Of a stretch of 44,720 bases of DNA, positions 1 through 12,800 are shown in pieces. The notes beneath the pieces are model-generated. The model was given only the letters and a program-made list of their open reading frames with translations. It was not told where the DNA came from and searched no databases. Origin of the DNA: an uncultured Acidimicrobiaceae bacterium (GTDB lineage Bacteria; Actinomycetota; Acidimicrobiia; Spongiisociales; ZC4RG35). The translations under genes and the position numbers were made by a program. Positions within the stretch are counted from its first letter, which is position 1. Every line of letters starts with the position of its first letter. The stretch covers positions 1-44,720 of the forward strand of contig CAZSMJ010000003.1 in the NCBI GenBank assembly GCA_964608055.1, given 5' to 3'.

Positions 1-87
1 CATGTGGCCGAGCGCCTTCGCTCTGACGAAGTTGACCGCCACCGACGAGAAGAGGATCGGCGCGCTCGTGAAGAAAGCGGTGAGCTG
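1..87 (+). CDS. 3' end of an unidentified CDS entering from the left edge
   Basis: Frame 2 is open from the window edge to TGA at 85-87 (...FALTKLTATDEKRIGALVKKAVS*). Third codon positions are G/C-rich like neighbouring genes. Too short to assign a family. Confidence 0.3.
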
Positions 88-151
88 AGGACTGAGTGGG
101 GCGGTGGCCCCTAGGTTTGGATGAGTTCGAGGAGTCGGGGCCGTCGGGCGC

Positions 152-2875
152 TCAACGCACCCCGGGCAGGTCTCGCATTCGGGGATGTCGGGTGTCGGGG
201 ACCGGCTGGATCCTCATCCTGGCATCGACCACGACCACACCCTCACCGGGGGGCAGGACCTTTACGGGGTTGAGATCCATCTCGACCAGTTCAGGGGCAA
301 CGCTGATCAGACCTGACACCCTCAACAATGCTCGCTCCAATTCCGCCACATCGCCCTCAGGCGTGTTGCGATAGCCCTGGAGGAGTCGAAAGCCCTTGGT
401 CTCCCTGATCATCTCCGATGCATCGACGTCGGTAAGGGGGTGGATCCGGAACACCACATCTTGCAGGAGCTCGACGTAGACCCCACCGAGACCGAAGCCG
501 ACGAGAGGGCCAAAGTTTGGATCCTGGGTCATACCCACCAAGACCTCGTGACCCCCTTCCACGAACTCCTGGACCAAGACCCCGTCCGCGTCGAAGACCA
601 CTTTGGTGACGGCTTCGTACGCGGCCCTCATTTCGGCCTCACCCTCGACTCCGAGCATGACACCCCCGACGTCCGATTTGTGGAGGGCCGTCTCCGAGAT
701 GACCTTGACCACCACCCGGCCCCCGATGGCGGCGGCGGCAGCCACGGCTTCCTCCGGGGAATGGGCGACCGCCGCTTTCGGAACCCGGAGACCGGCCGCT
801 TTGAGAACCGCATCGACCTGCTCGGGCTCCATCCATCCACCGGTTGCGGAGACCTTCTCCACTGCGGAGTCGATGATCACCCTGATCGCGATTTCGGCTT
901 CGAGTTCCAGGCGAACCTCCAGCCCAGGATCGCGGATACGCCACACCCCGTGCCCCACCGCTCTGGATAGGGCGAGAGCTGCAGCCTCGGGAAACATGTA
1001 GGTCGGGATGGCGCGCCGCCCCTCGCCACCGGCCAGATAGCGGGCAGTGTCCCCGCTGTGCATGAACACCGACAGGAGGGCGACGTCGCCGTTGTAGCGC
1101 TCCTGACACCGACTGAGGGCCGCGGCCACACCCTGGGCACCTTCGGTAGAAGTCGGGACATAGATCACCATTACAGAGTCGACCTCACCCGACTCCAGGA
1201 GCAGTGAGACGGCGTGGTCGAATTCGGTCGGTCCTCCGGAGGCGATGAGGTCGATCGGGTTACGGGTCGAGGCCTCTTCCGGAAGTTGGGTTGCGATTGC
1301 AGCCCGGAGCTCGGTGGACAACTCGGGCAAACTGAGGCCATTCGACTCGAGGGCGTCTGCGGCCAGGATGCCGGGGCCGCCGGCGTTGGTGACGATTCCA
1401 ACCCGGCTCCCGATCGGGATCGGCTGGTTGGCGAGGAGGTTGGCGGTGGAGAACAGCTCTTCGATGGTGTCGACCCGAATCACCCCCGCCTGCCGGAACA
1501 GGGCCTGTACCGCCACGTCCGACGATGCCAGGGCTCCGGTGTGCGATGAGGCAGCCCTGCTCCCTGAGGAGCTTCTCCCCGACTTGACGGCGATGATCGG
1601 TTTGCGACGGCCGATCCGGCGGGCGATTCGGGAGAACCGCTTCGGGTTGCCGAAGGACTCGAGATACAGGGTGATGACGTCGGTCTGAGGGTCGTCCTCC
1701 CAGGCCAGCAACAAGTCGTTGCCGCTGACATCCGCCTTGTTCCCCACCGAGACGAATTGCGAGATCCCGATGTTGCTTCGAGTGGCGAAATCGAGAATGG
1801 CAATCCCCAACGCACCGGACTGGCTCGACATCGCCACGTTACCGGCCGGGGGGTAAACCGGGGCAAATGTCCCGTTGAGTTGGACGGATGGAGCGGTGTT
1901 GAGCAGACCCATGCAATTCGGCCCCACCATCCTCATCCCCGAGTCACGGACGATTTCGAGCAATTCGTGTTCCAGGCTCGCTCCCTCCGGGCCGACCTCG
2001 GAGAAGCCGGCGGAGATGACGACGATTCCCCTCACCTTCGCTTCCGCGCACTCGCGGGCCACGTCGATCACGAATCGCTGGGGTACGACGATGTAGGCGA
2101 GATCGACCTCATCGGGGACATCGAGGATGGTCGGGTAGGCGCGCACCGAGTTGATGACCTTGGCCTTGGGGTTGACCGGGTAGAGCGGGCCGGTGAACCC
2201 GGTGGAGAGGATGTTATGGAACAGCTTGCCCCCAATCGAAGTGGGGTCACTCGAGGCCCCGATCACCGCCACCGACCTGGGAAACAACAACGGCAACAAG
2301 GAGGCGGCCACCGCTCGCTTCTCGCGCTCCGCCTCTGCCTCGAGCATTCCCTCGCTCTCTCCGACCGGGAAATCGACCGTGAACACCCCTTCGTCGAGAG
2401 TCCGGGTCATCTCGTAGCCCGAATTGCGAAACAAACGCATCATCTGGCGGTTCTCGGGGAGCACGTAGGCGTGGAAGCGCTCGATCCCATGCGAACGGGC
2501 ATGGTTGGTCAACAACTGGAGGAGTTGGGTGCCGATGCCCCGGCCCTGATGCTTGTCGGCCACCGCGAATGCCACCTCGGCCGTAGTTGAGTCGCGGCCC
2601 TCACGGTCATAGCGGGCCACGGCGATCATTTTCCCCCCGAGCAGGGCGATGAGCGCCATCCGGTCGGAATAGTCGACCTGGGTGAAGAACTCGACCTCCT
2701 TCGCCTCGAGCGTCTCCTTGATGCGAAAGAACCTGAAGTATCTCGATTCGGGGCCAAGAGTCTCGAAGAACTCACGGATCAGCCCCGCGTCCTCCGGCTT
2801 GATCGGGCGCACCCTGGCCCCGCCGCCGTCGCGGAGCGTGATGTCCAGCTCGTATTCGAATGGGTATTCGGCCAT
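152..2875 (-). CDS. Bifunctional GNAT acetyltransferase / ADP-forming acyl-CoA synthetase-like protein (Pat-type protein acetyltransferase candidate, GNAT domain N-terminal)
   Basis: ORF 152..2923. The N-terminal ~170 aa carry a GNAT core (AFAVADKHQGRGIGTQLL). This is followed by a CoA-binding Rossmann region (RSVAVIGAS...MVGPNCMG), a succinyl-CoA-ligase-like middle domain and a C-terminal ATP-grasp-like region. ATG at 2875 (MAEYPFEYE) is preferred over GTG at 2923. Confidence 0.85.
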   Translation of the reverse strand: MAEYPFEYELDITLRDGGGARVRPIKPEDAGLIREFFETLGPESRYFRFFRIKETLEAKEVEFFTQVDYSDRMALIALLGGKMIAVARYDREGRDSTTAEVAFAVADKHQGRGIGTQLLQLLTNHARSHGIERFHAYVLPENRQMMRLFRNSGYEMTRTLDEGVFTVDFPVGESEGMLEAEAEREKRAVAASLLPLLFPRSVAVIGASSDPTSIGGKLFHNILSTGFTGPLYPVNPKAKVINSVRAYPTILDVPDEVDLAYIVVPQRFVIDVARECAEAKVRGIVVISAGFSEVGPEGASLEHELLEIVRDSGMRMVGPNCMGLLNTAPSVQLNGTFAPVYPPAGNVAMSSQSGALGIAILDFATRSNIGISQFVSVGNKADVSGNDLLLAWEDDPQTDVITLYLESFGNPKRFSRIARRIGRRKPIIAVKSGRSSSGSRAASSHTGALASSDVAVQALFRQAGVIRVDTIEELFSTANLLANQPIPIGSRVGIVTNAGGPGILAADALESNGLSLPELSTELRAAIATQLPEEASTRNPIDLIASGGPTEFDHAVSLLLESGEVDSVMVIYVPTSTEGAQGVAAALSRCQERYNGDVALLSVFMHSGDTARYLAGGEGRRAIPTYMFPEAAALALSRAVGHGVWRIRDPGLEVRLELEAEIAIRVIIDSAVEKVSATGGWMEPEQVDAVLKAAGLRVPKAAVAHSPEEAVAAAAAIGGRVVVKVISETALHKSDVGGVMLGVEGEAEMRAAYEAVTKVVFDADGVLVQEFVEGGHEVLVGMTQDPNFGPLVGFGLGGVYVELLQDVVFRIHPLTDVDASEMIRETKGFRLLQGYRNTPEGDVAELERALLRVSGLISVAPELVEMDLNPVKVLPPGEGVVVVDARMRIQPVPDTRHPRMRDLPGVR

Positions 2876-3027
2876 TGGAAGTCCGGGGGAGACGCTAACC
2901 GAGCGGTAGCAGGCTCCGGCCACGTCCCGCTACTCGACGGGATGTCGGATTACACTTTTTTCACGGGGTTGAATCTGTGTGTGGGAAGGTGGTGCGTCTT
3001 GGAGATAGATCCGGCCTCGTTCATCGT

Positions 3028-3078
3028 GGGGCCCGGGCCCGGTTCCTCTCCCCTCCCCCACCCACCGGCCCGGGTCCC
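3028..3078 (+). other. GC-rich stem-loop with a 20-nt C-rich loop in a divergent intergenic region
   Basis: GGGGCCCGGGCCCGGT pairs with ACCGGCCCGGGTCCC for about 15 bp, with one bulged C. One G-T pair is a valid wobble only in + strand RNA. The loop is TCCTCTCCCCTCCCCCACCC. Confidence 0.45.
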
Positions 3079-3124
3079 ACGACCTTTCTGACGGACCCAA
3101 CCCACGTAGAATCGGCGATCCGAT

Positions 3125-3436
3125 ATGGACCCCGTCGGCTTGTTTCTCTCGATGCGCTGGATTGCGACCGTGCTCGCGGTTCTGCTTGTCCTGCACCTGC
3201 TCGGGGTGTGGATGGAGCGCCGAGGATGGATCTACTACCGAAAGCCGGGGCGACGCCACGGCTACGGAGCAGCGATTTCCAACGCGATGGCCGAGTTCGA
3301 CGCGGTGCTCAATCCCGCATCGGAACATCGGGTCGTCGAAGAACGTCACCTGGATGCCATGCGATCCGTGGTTGACATCTCCGACCTAGACGATGAGGTC
3401 CCGGAACCGAGTCGAGATCACGTCCCAGACAGTTGA
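3125..3436 (+). CDS. Small membrane protein, unknown function (one N-terminal TM helix, acidic tail)
   Basis: 103-aa ORF with ATG start and coding-like G/C third positions. Hydrophobic segment WIATVLAVLLVLHLLGVW followed by RRGWIYYRKPGRR. The tail pattern NPASEHRVVEER is reminiscent of small actinobacterial DUF6191-type proteins (from memory, unverified). Confidence 0.5.
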   Translation: MDPVGLFLSMRWIATVLAVLLVLHLLGVWMERRGWIYYRKPGRRHGYGAAISNAMAEFDAVLNPASEHRVVEERHLDAMRSVVDISDLDDEVPEPSRDHVPDS

Positions 3437-4196
3437 GTTAGCTGCGGCGACCACGCCGCACTCCTCCGCGGTGAAGCGAGCCGCCACCCTCCTGTTTGCC
3501 ATTTTGCTCCTGGCCGGGTGCTTGCCAAGAGCGCCGGATGCCAGAGTCCTCTTCATCGGCAATAGCTACACCTTCTACAACGACCTCCCGCACATGGTCT
3601 CCGACCTGGCCAATTCGGTAGACATACGACTCGAGGTCGAGGCGGTGACCGAAGGCGGAGCCTGGTTGCGAGACCATCTCCGAGCCGGCACGGCCGGAGA
3701 ACGAATCAGGTCCGGGGACTTCGACTATGTCGTGATCCAGGAGCAATCGGCCGTCCCCTCGGACAACAACCTGGCACGCGAGCAGATGTTCCCGCCCGCG
3801 ATTGCATTTGCATCTGATGCCGCAGGCTCCGGGGCCACGTTCGTGCTCTTCGAGACCTGGGGACACCTCTCGGGTTTCGCCGACACCGGTCACTCGACCT
3901 ACCAGTCGATGCAGACCGCGATCAACTCGACCTATCACGAGCTTGCTGACCTTCTTGGCAAACCGCTGGCTCCGGTCGGGGAAGCGTGGCAAATCTCACT
4001 CACCTCCGCCCGCGGGATTCGACTGCATGACGTGGACAACTCCCATCCGACTTTGGAAGGCTCGTACCTGGCGGCTCTCGTCATCACCGCAACAATCACC
4101 GGTGAGTCCCCCGATGACATGAGCTCCGATCTCGGGGTGCCCACCGCGGTGGCGAACCTGCTGCGCCAGTACGCAACGATGGCATTGGCCGAATGA
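3393..4196 (+). CDS. Secreted SGNH/GDSL-like hydrolase-fold lipoprotein (DUF4886-like)
   Basis: Signal peptide with lipobox LLLAGC. Block-I-like motif LFIGNSYTFYNDLP, and a later DNSHP motif near the C-terminus. The start is uncertain: ATG 3393 overlaps the upstream ORF by 44 nt, and in-frame GTG 3471 (VKRAATLL...) is an alternative. Confidence 0.7.
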   Translation: MRSRNRVEITSQTVELAAATTPHSSAVKRAATLLFAILLLAGCLPRAPDARVLFIGNSYTFYNDLPHMVSDLANSVDIRLEVEAVTEGGAWLRDHLRAGTAGERIRSGDFDYVVIQEQSAVPSDNNLAREQMFPPAIAFASDAAGSGATFVLFETWGHLSGFADTGHSTYQSMQTAINSTYHELADLLGKPLAPVGEAWQISLTSARGIRLHDVDNSHPTLEGSYLAALVITATITGESPDDMSSDLGVPTAVANLLRQYATMALAE

Positions 4197-4207
4197 CGCT
4201 CCGTGGG

Positions 4208-4292
4208 TGCCCGGGGTGGGATTTGAACCCACACGAGCCGATTCGGCTCAAGGGGGTTTAAGCCCCTCGCGTCTGCATTCCGCCACCCGGGC
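4208..4292 (-). tRNA. tRNA-Leu (anticodon UAA), class II with long variable arm
   Basis: The reverse complement reads GCCCGGGTGGCGGAATGCAGACGCGAGGGGCTTAAACCCCCTTGAGCCGAATCGGCTCGTGTGGGTTCAAATCCCACCCCGGGCA. Acceptor stem is 7 bp (GCCCGGG/CCCGGGC). Anticodon stem AGGGG/CCCCT has loop CTTAAAC. The variable arm hairpin is GAGCCGAATCGGCTC. T arm is GTGGG-TTCAAAT-CCCAC. No CCA is encoded. Confidence 0.9.
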
Positions 4293-4304
4293 TCGGGTGA
4301 ATGG

Positions 4305-5177
4305 TCAGGGTAAAGCCAAGAGTGTCATCGCGACACCATCGAGAGTGTCATGCTCGGAGACCACTGCCTTGTCCGCCCCCAACGCGTCCATGACCCCCTC
4401 GGCGACCAGGATGCCACCCAGGATGACCGGAGCCCGCTTCGGGTCCAAACCCGGGAGATCCGCCGTTTCTTCGATGGTGAGCAGCGCCATAATGTCCACG
4501 ATCCTCCCCACCTCGGCCCTGGTCACCTCGCGGCCGTGAATAGGAGTGCCCTGAGGCAGGGCGCGGGCCACCGAGGCCAGGCTGGTCCAGGTTCCGGCGA
4601 CCCCGATCAACAAGTCGTGCTCGATGGTCGATACGGCTGCGAACTCTTGCCCGATGGTGGCGCGAGCGATGGCGACCTGCTCGCGGGACGCCGGTCGGTC
4701 TGGAATGGCCCGTTCGGTGATCCGCACCGAGCCGATGTCGATGGAGACTGCGCTCACTTCGGTCACGAACTCGGTGCTCCCACCCCCGATATCGGAGACG
4801 ACCACCGCTCCCAGGCCCTCGAAGGCACGGACCGCACCCTGGTATGCGAAACGGGCTTCCTCCTCACCTGAGATCAGGGTGGGGCGGACCTCGATCATCT
4901 CCTCGACCCGATCGAAGAACGCCTCACGGTTGGCGGCGTCCCTGGAGGCCGAAGTGGCGATAGCCATGCGCTTGGGGGCACCAGCCTCCTCCAACAGCCG
5001 GCCATATCGGTTCAGGACGACCAACGTCTCCACCATCCGGGCCTCTGAGAGGACCCCGGTGCTGTCAACCCCGCTCCCCAGACCGGTGACCGCCTCCAAA
5101 CGCTGGATGTCGCGGGTCCCGTCCGTTATCAGCAGCCGGATCGAGTTGGTTCCGATGTCGACCACACCGACGATCAT
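4305..5177 (-). CDS. ppx: Ppx/GppA-family phosphatase (exopolyphosphatase-like)
   Basis: N-terminal ASKHA phosphate-1 motif VVDIGTNSIRLLI and a later DIGGGSTE motif. ATG at 5177 forms an ATGA overlap with the DUF501 stop. Conserved position after eno-ftsB-DUF501, as for Mtb Rv1026. Confidence 0.85.
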   Translation of the reverse strand: MIVGVVDIGTNSIRLLITDGTRDIQRLEAVTGLGSGVDSTGVLSEARMVETLVVLNRYGRLLEEAGAPKRMAIATSASRDAANREAFFDRVEEMIEVRPTLISGEEEARFAYQGAVRAFEGLGAVVVSDIGGGSTEFVTEVSAVSIDIGSVRITERAIPDRPASREQVAIARATIGQEFAAVSTIEHDLLIGVAGTWTSLASVARALPQGTPIHGREVTRAEVGRIVDIMALLTIEETADLPGLDPKRAPVILGGILVAEGVMDALGADKAVVSEHDTLDGVAMTLLALP

Positions 5178-5692
5178 GGGTTGCTCACCCATGACGGGTT
5201 GATCTCGTTGTCGACGACACATCGCACCTGGCAATCGAGGGGCTCGATCCAGGAGCCGACCAACTCTCCGACCGGGTTGTCAGCGCCCGATCGGGTGTGG
5301 GCATAGTGCGCATGCAGGCATTTCACCCCCATCGTGCTCCCGCCCACCCCTCCGGAGGGAGTGGGTGACGCCCCATCCGGGACCAAGGCGTCACGTTTGG
5401 TGGCATAGGAGTCATGCGCAGCATCGAGTCTCCGGCCGAACTCGGGATCGACCAATGCCTTCTGCTCCATACGCTTCACCCCGCCGGCGCCCTCGAGACG
5501 ACCGATCCGGGTCGTCGCCAAAGGGCAGGTCAGCCAGTAGAGGGTGGGGAATGGAGTGCCGTCGTCGAGGATGGGGGGCACCTCAACCACCACGGGAAGA
5601 TCGAGGTGACATCGGGAGACCGTCTTCGAGTCGGCGCGAAGCGGTCGACCTATCTGGGCCTCGATGACCCCGCGGTCATCCAATCCATTCAC
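5174..5692 (-). CDS. DUF501 domain protein
   Basis: 172 aa containing PFPTLYWLTCP and CLHAHYAH motifs typical of DUF501. GTGA overlap with the ftsB stop. Conserved synteny between ftsB and ppx. Confidence 0.8.
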   Translation of the reverse strand: MNGLDDRGVIEAQIGRPLRADSKTVSRCHLDLPVVVEVPPILDDGTPFPTLYWLTCPLATTRIGRLEGAGGVKRMEQKALVDPEFGRRLDAAHDSYATKRDALVPDGASPTPSGGVGGSTMGVKCLHAHYAHTRSGADNPVGELVGSWIEPLDCQVRCVVDNEINPSWVSNP

Positions 5693-6078
5693 CCCGTGGA
5701 ATTGAGATCGTCCCCGGTTATGAAATCCCAGACACGATCGACCCAGGTCTTGTCCGGCAGCTCAGGGAGCTCGGACTCGGCCGGCCGTGCTTTCTGTGCC
5801 CCCGGCGGGTCCAAGACGACGTAGGCGAGCTCGCCCTCACGAACGTAGCCCAGTTTGTCGCGTGCCAGCCGTTCGATCTCCTCGGGCGTGTTCAGAGCAG
5901 CTACGTCGGCGGCCAGCACCTCGTTCTCGACCTCGAGCGTTGCGAGTTGTTCCCGCGCCGTCTCCACCTGGCGCCGGGAATCGAGGATCTGTCGATAGGG
6001 CACCACCTGGGTGAGAAAGGCGGCGCCCATCAGGATGAACAGGAGCGTCACCAAAGCCACCCCGGAACGGCTGCGCAT
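5689..6078 (-). CDS. ftsB: Septum formation initiator (FtsB/DivIC family)
   Basis: Single TM helix (VALVTLLFILMGAAFL) followed by a coiled-coil (QLATLEVENEVLAADVAAL) and ERLARDKLGYVREGE. ATG 6078 is preferred over TTG 6108, which would overlap eno by 28 nt. Confidence 0.75.
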   Translation of the reverse strand: MRSRSGVALVTLLFILMGAAFLTQVVPYRQILDSRRQVETAREQLATLEVENEVLAADVAALNTPEEIERLARDKLGYVREGELAYVVLDPPGAQKARPAESELPELPDKTWVDRVWDFITGDDLNSTG

Positions 6079-6080
6079 CC

Positions 6081-8843
<2,763 letters not shown>

Positions 8844-8847
<4 letters not shown>

Positions 8848-9746
8848 TCGGCGGGTGGTACCACCTCGGGTGTTGGCTCTGACTGCCAGGTGCCGAACTT
8901 CTCGTTCACCTCGACATCAGCCGCTGCGGCCGTCGAGAGGAACCAGTCCTGAGAGGCTTGCTGTGCAGCCTGTGAGCCGAGGCTGGTGATGGCCTCCTCC
9001 TCTGTTGGAAGCTCGTCCTCACGCAGCAGGATCACATGGAACCCAAACTCGGACTGCACCGGAGCTGTTGGCACCCCGACCTCGGCGCTCGAAATGGCCT
9101 CGGAGAACTCGGGCACATACTGCGCCGGGTCGGCGCATCCGAGGTCTCCCCCCGAAGCAGCGCTCCCGTCGATCGAGACTTCCGTAGCGACCTCGGCGAA
9201 CTGTTCGCCGGCCCCGAGCCTGGCCACCACGTCCTGAGCTTCTGCCTCGGTCTCCACCAGGATGTGTGATCCGCACACCATCAACGCTGCCTCTTCGAAG
9301 AAGGCATCGATCTCCTCCTGGGTGGGTTCAGTGGCGCTTCCCTGCATTTCCTCGAGGATTGCAGCCTCGATCAATGATTGATGCGCAACCTGCCGCAGAA
9401 GCTGCTCGGTCACTTCGTTCGTTTCGAGGAAGTCCTCCCGGGTCTGGCCCTCTGTCAACTCGGCGGCGACGATCTCATCCGCCTCTGTTGCAATCTCCTC
9501 CTCGGTGAAGCTGATCCCGAAATCTGCATCCGCCTGGCGGGCGAAGATGTTGAGGACGATGTTGAAGGTGAGGAAGTTGGCAAACTCCTCCTTGGCAATT
9601 GCCGCGTCGTCGGCCTTGTTGACGAGGGCCTCGACGTCGCCAACGGTCACTTCGACACCGTCGACAGTCGCCGCCATTTCGCTGCTGCCCCCGCACGCCG
9701 CCAAGACCAGGGCGCACAAGACCAGAACGGATGAGAGTTTCTTCAA
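8844..9746 (-). CDS. Parvulin-type peptidyl-prolyl isomerase lipoprotein (SurA/PrsA-like)
   Basis: Lipobox LVLAACGG. Acidic chaperone-like N-domain. PpiC-type rotamase region (CGSHILVETEAEAQDVVARL...GGDLGCA...FGFHVILL). Confidence 0.8.
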
Positions 9747-9826
9747 GAGAGATCCTTTGAGGAGTGGATGAAAAGAGCCTTCGGGATGGTAGAGGTTTCA
9801 CGTCCCTAGAGGCACCCCACGATTGA

Positions 9827-12800
9827 CTACGAATCCCCCTCCGGCCACATTTGGGCGATGAACTTGGAAAGGCCCGGCACGAGGGGCGTCGGCGACGGGA
9901 TGAACACGATCCCCTCCGAGGCGCGGAGCACCGCTCGGGGCTGAAGACGCTTGAGCCGGACTTCCTGGGAGGGTTTGAGATCCACCGGGCCCATCCGGAT
10001 CTCATGGCGGAGCTTGACCATCTCCTCCAGCCCGACTCTCAGGGCGTCCGCCCGCAACCGCGCCAGCTCAACCAGGGCCAAAGCGGCGGGAGGAAGCGGA
10101 CCGAACCGATCCTCCCATTCAACTGCGACGTCGTCCACCTCCGGGTGGGTAGAGGTGCCCGCCAGGCGTCGATAGGCCTCGAGACGAAGCTCTTGTTCGG
10201 GGATATAGACATCCGGCAGATGGGCATCGACCGGGAGATCGATTCGAACCTCGGATGGTGGCTCGACCGGGAGCGATCTCCCTTCCAACTCCGAAACGGC
10301 GTCAGCCACCAATTCGGCGTACAACTCGAACCCCACCGCCGCGATGTGCCCGCTCTGGACTTCGCCGAGAATCGACCCCGCCCCCCTGATCTCCAGGTCC
10401 CTCAGGGCCAGCTGGAACCCGGATCCCAGTTCGGTCGCCTCCCCGATTGCCTCGAGACGACGGTGAGCCTCCTCGGTGAGGCTGCGATCACGTGGATGGA
10501 ACAGATAGGCGTACGCCCGCTGGCTGGAGCGCCCCACCCGGCCCCGAAGCTGGTAGAGCTGTGCCAGGCCCAGGAGGTCGGAGCGCTCGACGATGAGTGT
10601 GTTCACCTGGGGAAGGTCGAGACCCGATTCGATGATGGTGGTCGCCACCATGACGTCGTATTCGCGATTCCAGAAGTCGATCATCACCTGTTCGAGCTGC
10701 CCCTCCGACATCTGGCCGTGAGCCACTACGTAGCGGGCATCAGGGACCAACTCACGGAGATGTGCCACTGCTCGCTCGATCGACTGCACCCGGTTGTGCA
10801 CATAGAACACCTGTCCCTCGCGGAGCAGCTCGCGTCGGATCGCAGCCGACACCGCTTGGTCGTCGGTTGGGCCGACATAGGTGAGAATCGGGTGACGATC
10901 CTCGGGCGCGGTTCTGATATGGGAGACGTCGCGGATCCCGGTCAGGGCCATCTCCAGGGTCCGTGGGATCGGGGTTGCGGTGAGGGTGAGGACGTCGACG
11001 CCGACTTTCAACTCCTTGAGGGCGTCCTTGGCGGTCACCCCGAAGCGTTGCTCCTCGTCGATCACGAGCAGCCCCAGTTCCTTGAACCGGATGTCCTCGG
11101 AAAGGAGGCGATGAGTTCCGATCACCACGTCGACCTCACCCGTGGCAAGCGCGGCCACCACGCGGTCTTGTTGCCTCGGGGTCAAGAAGCGGGAAAGGGC
11201 TTCGACCCGCACCGGGTAGGAGGCAAACCGCTCCGAGAAGGTCTGATGGTGCTGTTGCACCAGCAGGGTTGTGGGGCACAGCACCGCAACCTGTTTGCCC
11301 GATTCGATCGCCTTGAAGGTGGCACGGATCGCAATCTCGGTCTTGCCGAAGCCGACATCACCAAAGACCAGACGGTCCATTGGCTTGTCGTCCTGCATGT
11401 CGGCCTTGACCTCGACAATGGCTCGGAGTTGATCGGGTGTCTCCTCGAAGGGGAACGCTCCCTCCATCTCGGTCTGCCATGGGGAGTCCGGGGCATAGGC
11501 ATGGCCCACTGCGGCAGCTCGCAGGCGATGGAGCTCGACGACGCGCTGAGCCACCGCGGCCACAGCCTTGCGAACCCGGGCCTTCTGGTCTGACCAGTCC
11601 TTGCCCCCCATTCGCGACACCCTGGGTGTCTCGCCGCCCGTGTATCTGGTGACAGCAGCCAACTGATCGACGGGCACATAGAGACGGTCGGCGCCGGCAT
11701 AGGCGATGATCAGGTAGTCGCGCTCCACCCCGACCATGGTCCTCGACACCAGGCCCTCGAACCGCCCGATCCCGTGTTGGTGATGGACCACATAGTCACC
11801 CTCGGCCAGGTCGCGGTACTGGTGGGTGAGCGCGGCCCGACTCCGGCCCGCCCTGCGATGGGCCCGGCGGCGGCCGGCGATCTCCTGCTCCCCGAGGACC
11901 GCCACCCCAAGTCCAGGCGCCACGAATCCACGATGGATCCCAACAGGCACGATCGCCGCCCTCGGGTTCAGGAGCGAGTCGACGCGATCGAGGGCCAACC
12001 CATTCTCGGCCAAAGCCTTGGCCACCCGGTCGGCGGCGGCCGCTCCGTCCATCGCCACCACGGTTGTGATCCCCCGCTCCAACAGTCGGGCCAGTCCCCG
12101 GGACACCGCCTCGGGATCGCCGGGCGTCGCGTCGAGACCGCGCACCTCCAACACCGGGTCGGATGGGCCCGTGGGCGCCGCCGGGACCCGGAGATGGGAC
12201 CGGTCGCTGAGTCTTTCCTCGAGGTCGAGGAACAGGGCAGGGTGGGCTCCGGCAGAGGGAGCCTGCTCGCCCCAGGTGGGAGCGAGTGCCTTCGCGAGCT
12301 CGGTTTCCTCCTTGATCAGTTCTCGTGCTCTGTCGAGCGCTCGCGCGGGCTCGATGACTAGGAGCCGGGTCTCGACTGGTGCGGCATCGATCAAAGACAC
12401 GGGATCGGCGAGCCAGGGCAGCCACGACTCGATGCCGGGGAACAGCTGACCCTGGATGATGCGGTCCCATGTCGACGCCGCCCATTGCTCGGTGGCGATG
12501 AGCTCAGAGGCGCGTTCGACCAGGGCGTCCCCGGGTCGAACTTCCCGGGCGGGGTAGGCAATGAGCCGATCCACCGAATCCTCGGAGCGCTGAGTGGCCA
12601 CGGAGATAACCCGGATGTCTTCGACGGTGTCACCAAAGAAATCGAGGCGAACCGGCTCCTCGTCCTGGGCGGGGAACACGTCGACGATCCCGCCCCGGAC
12701 CGCGAACTCACCTCTCCCCTCGACCCGATCGGTCCTCGAATAGCCCAGATCGGCCAGTGTTCGCACCAGGTCGTCGAGGGCGACCTCGTCGTCTCGGGCC

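Noticed and set aside
98-117. Short hairpin GGGGC-GGTG-GCCCC followed by TAGGTTT between convergent gene ends
   Set aside because: The stem is only 5 bp with a weak T-tract, which is too marginal to call an intrinsic terminator.
4197-4304. tRNA-Leu as a possible integration hotspot for the genes to its left (3125..4196)
   Set aside because: There is no integrase or recombinase. I found no duplicated copy of the tRNA 3' half in the window, and no compositional break.
9851-11593. 580-aa ORF on the + strand
   Set aside because: It lies entirely antisense to mfd, whose helicase motifs are unambiguous. The product is low-complexity and Arg/Gly/His-rich, typical of shadow ORFs in high-GC DNA.
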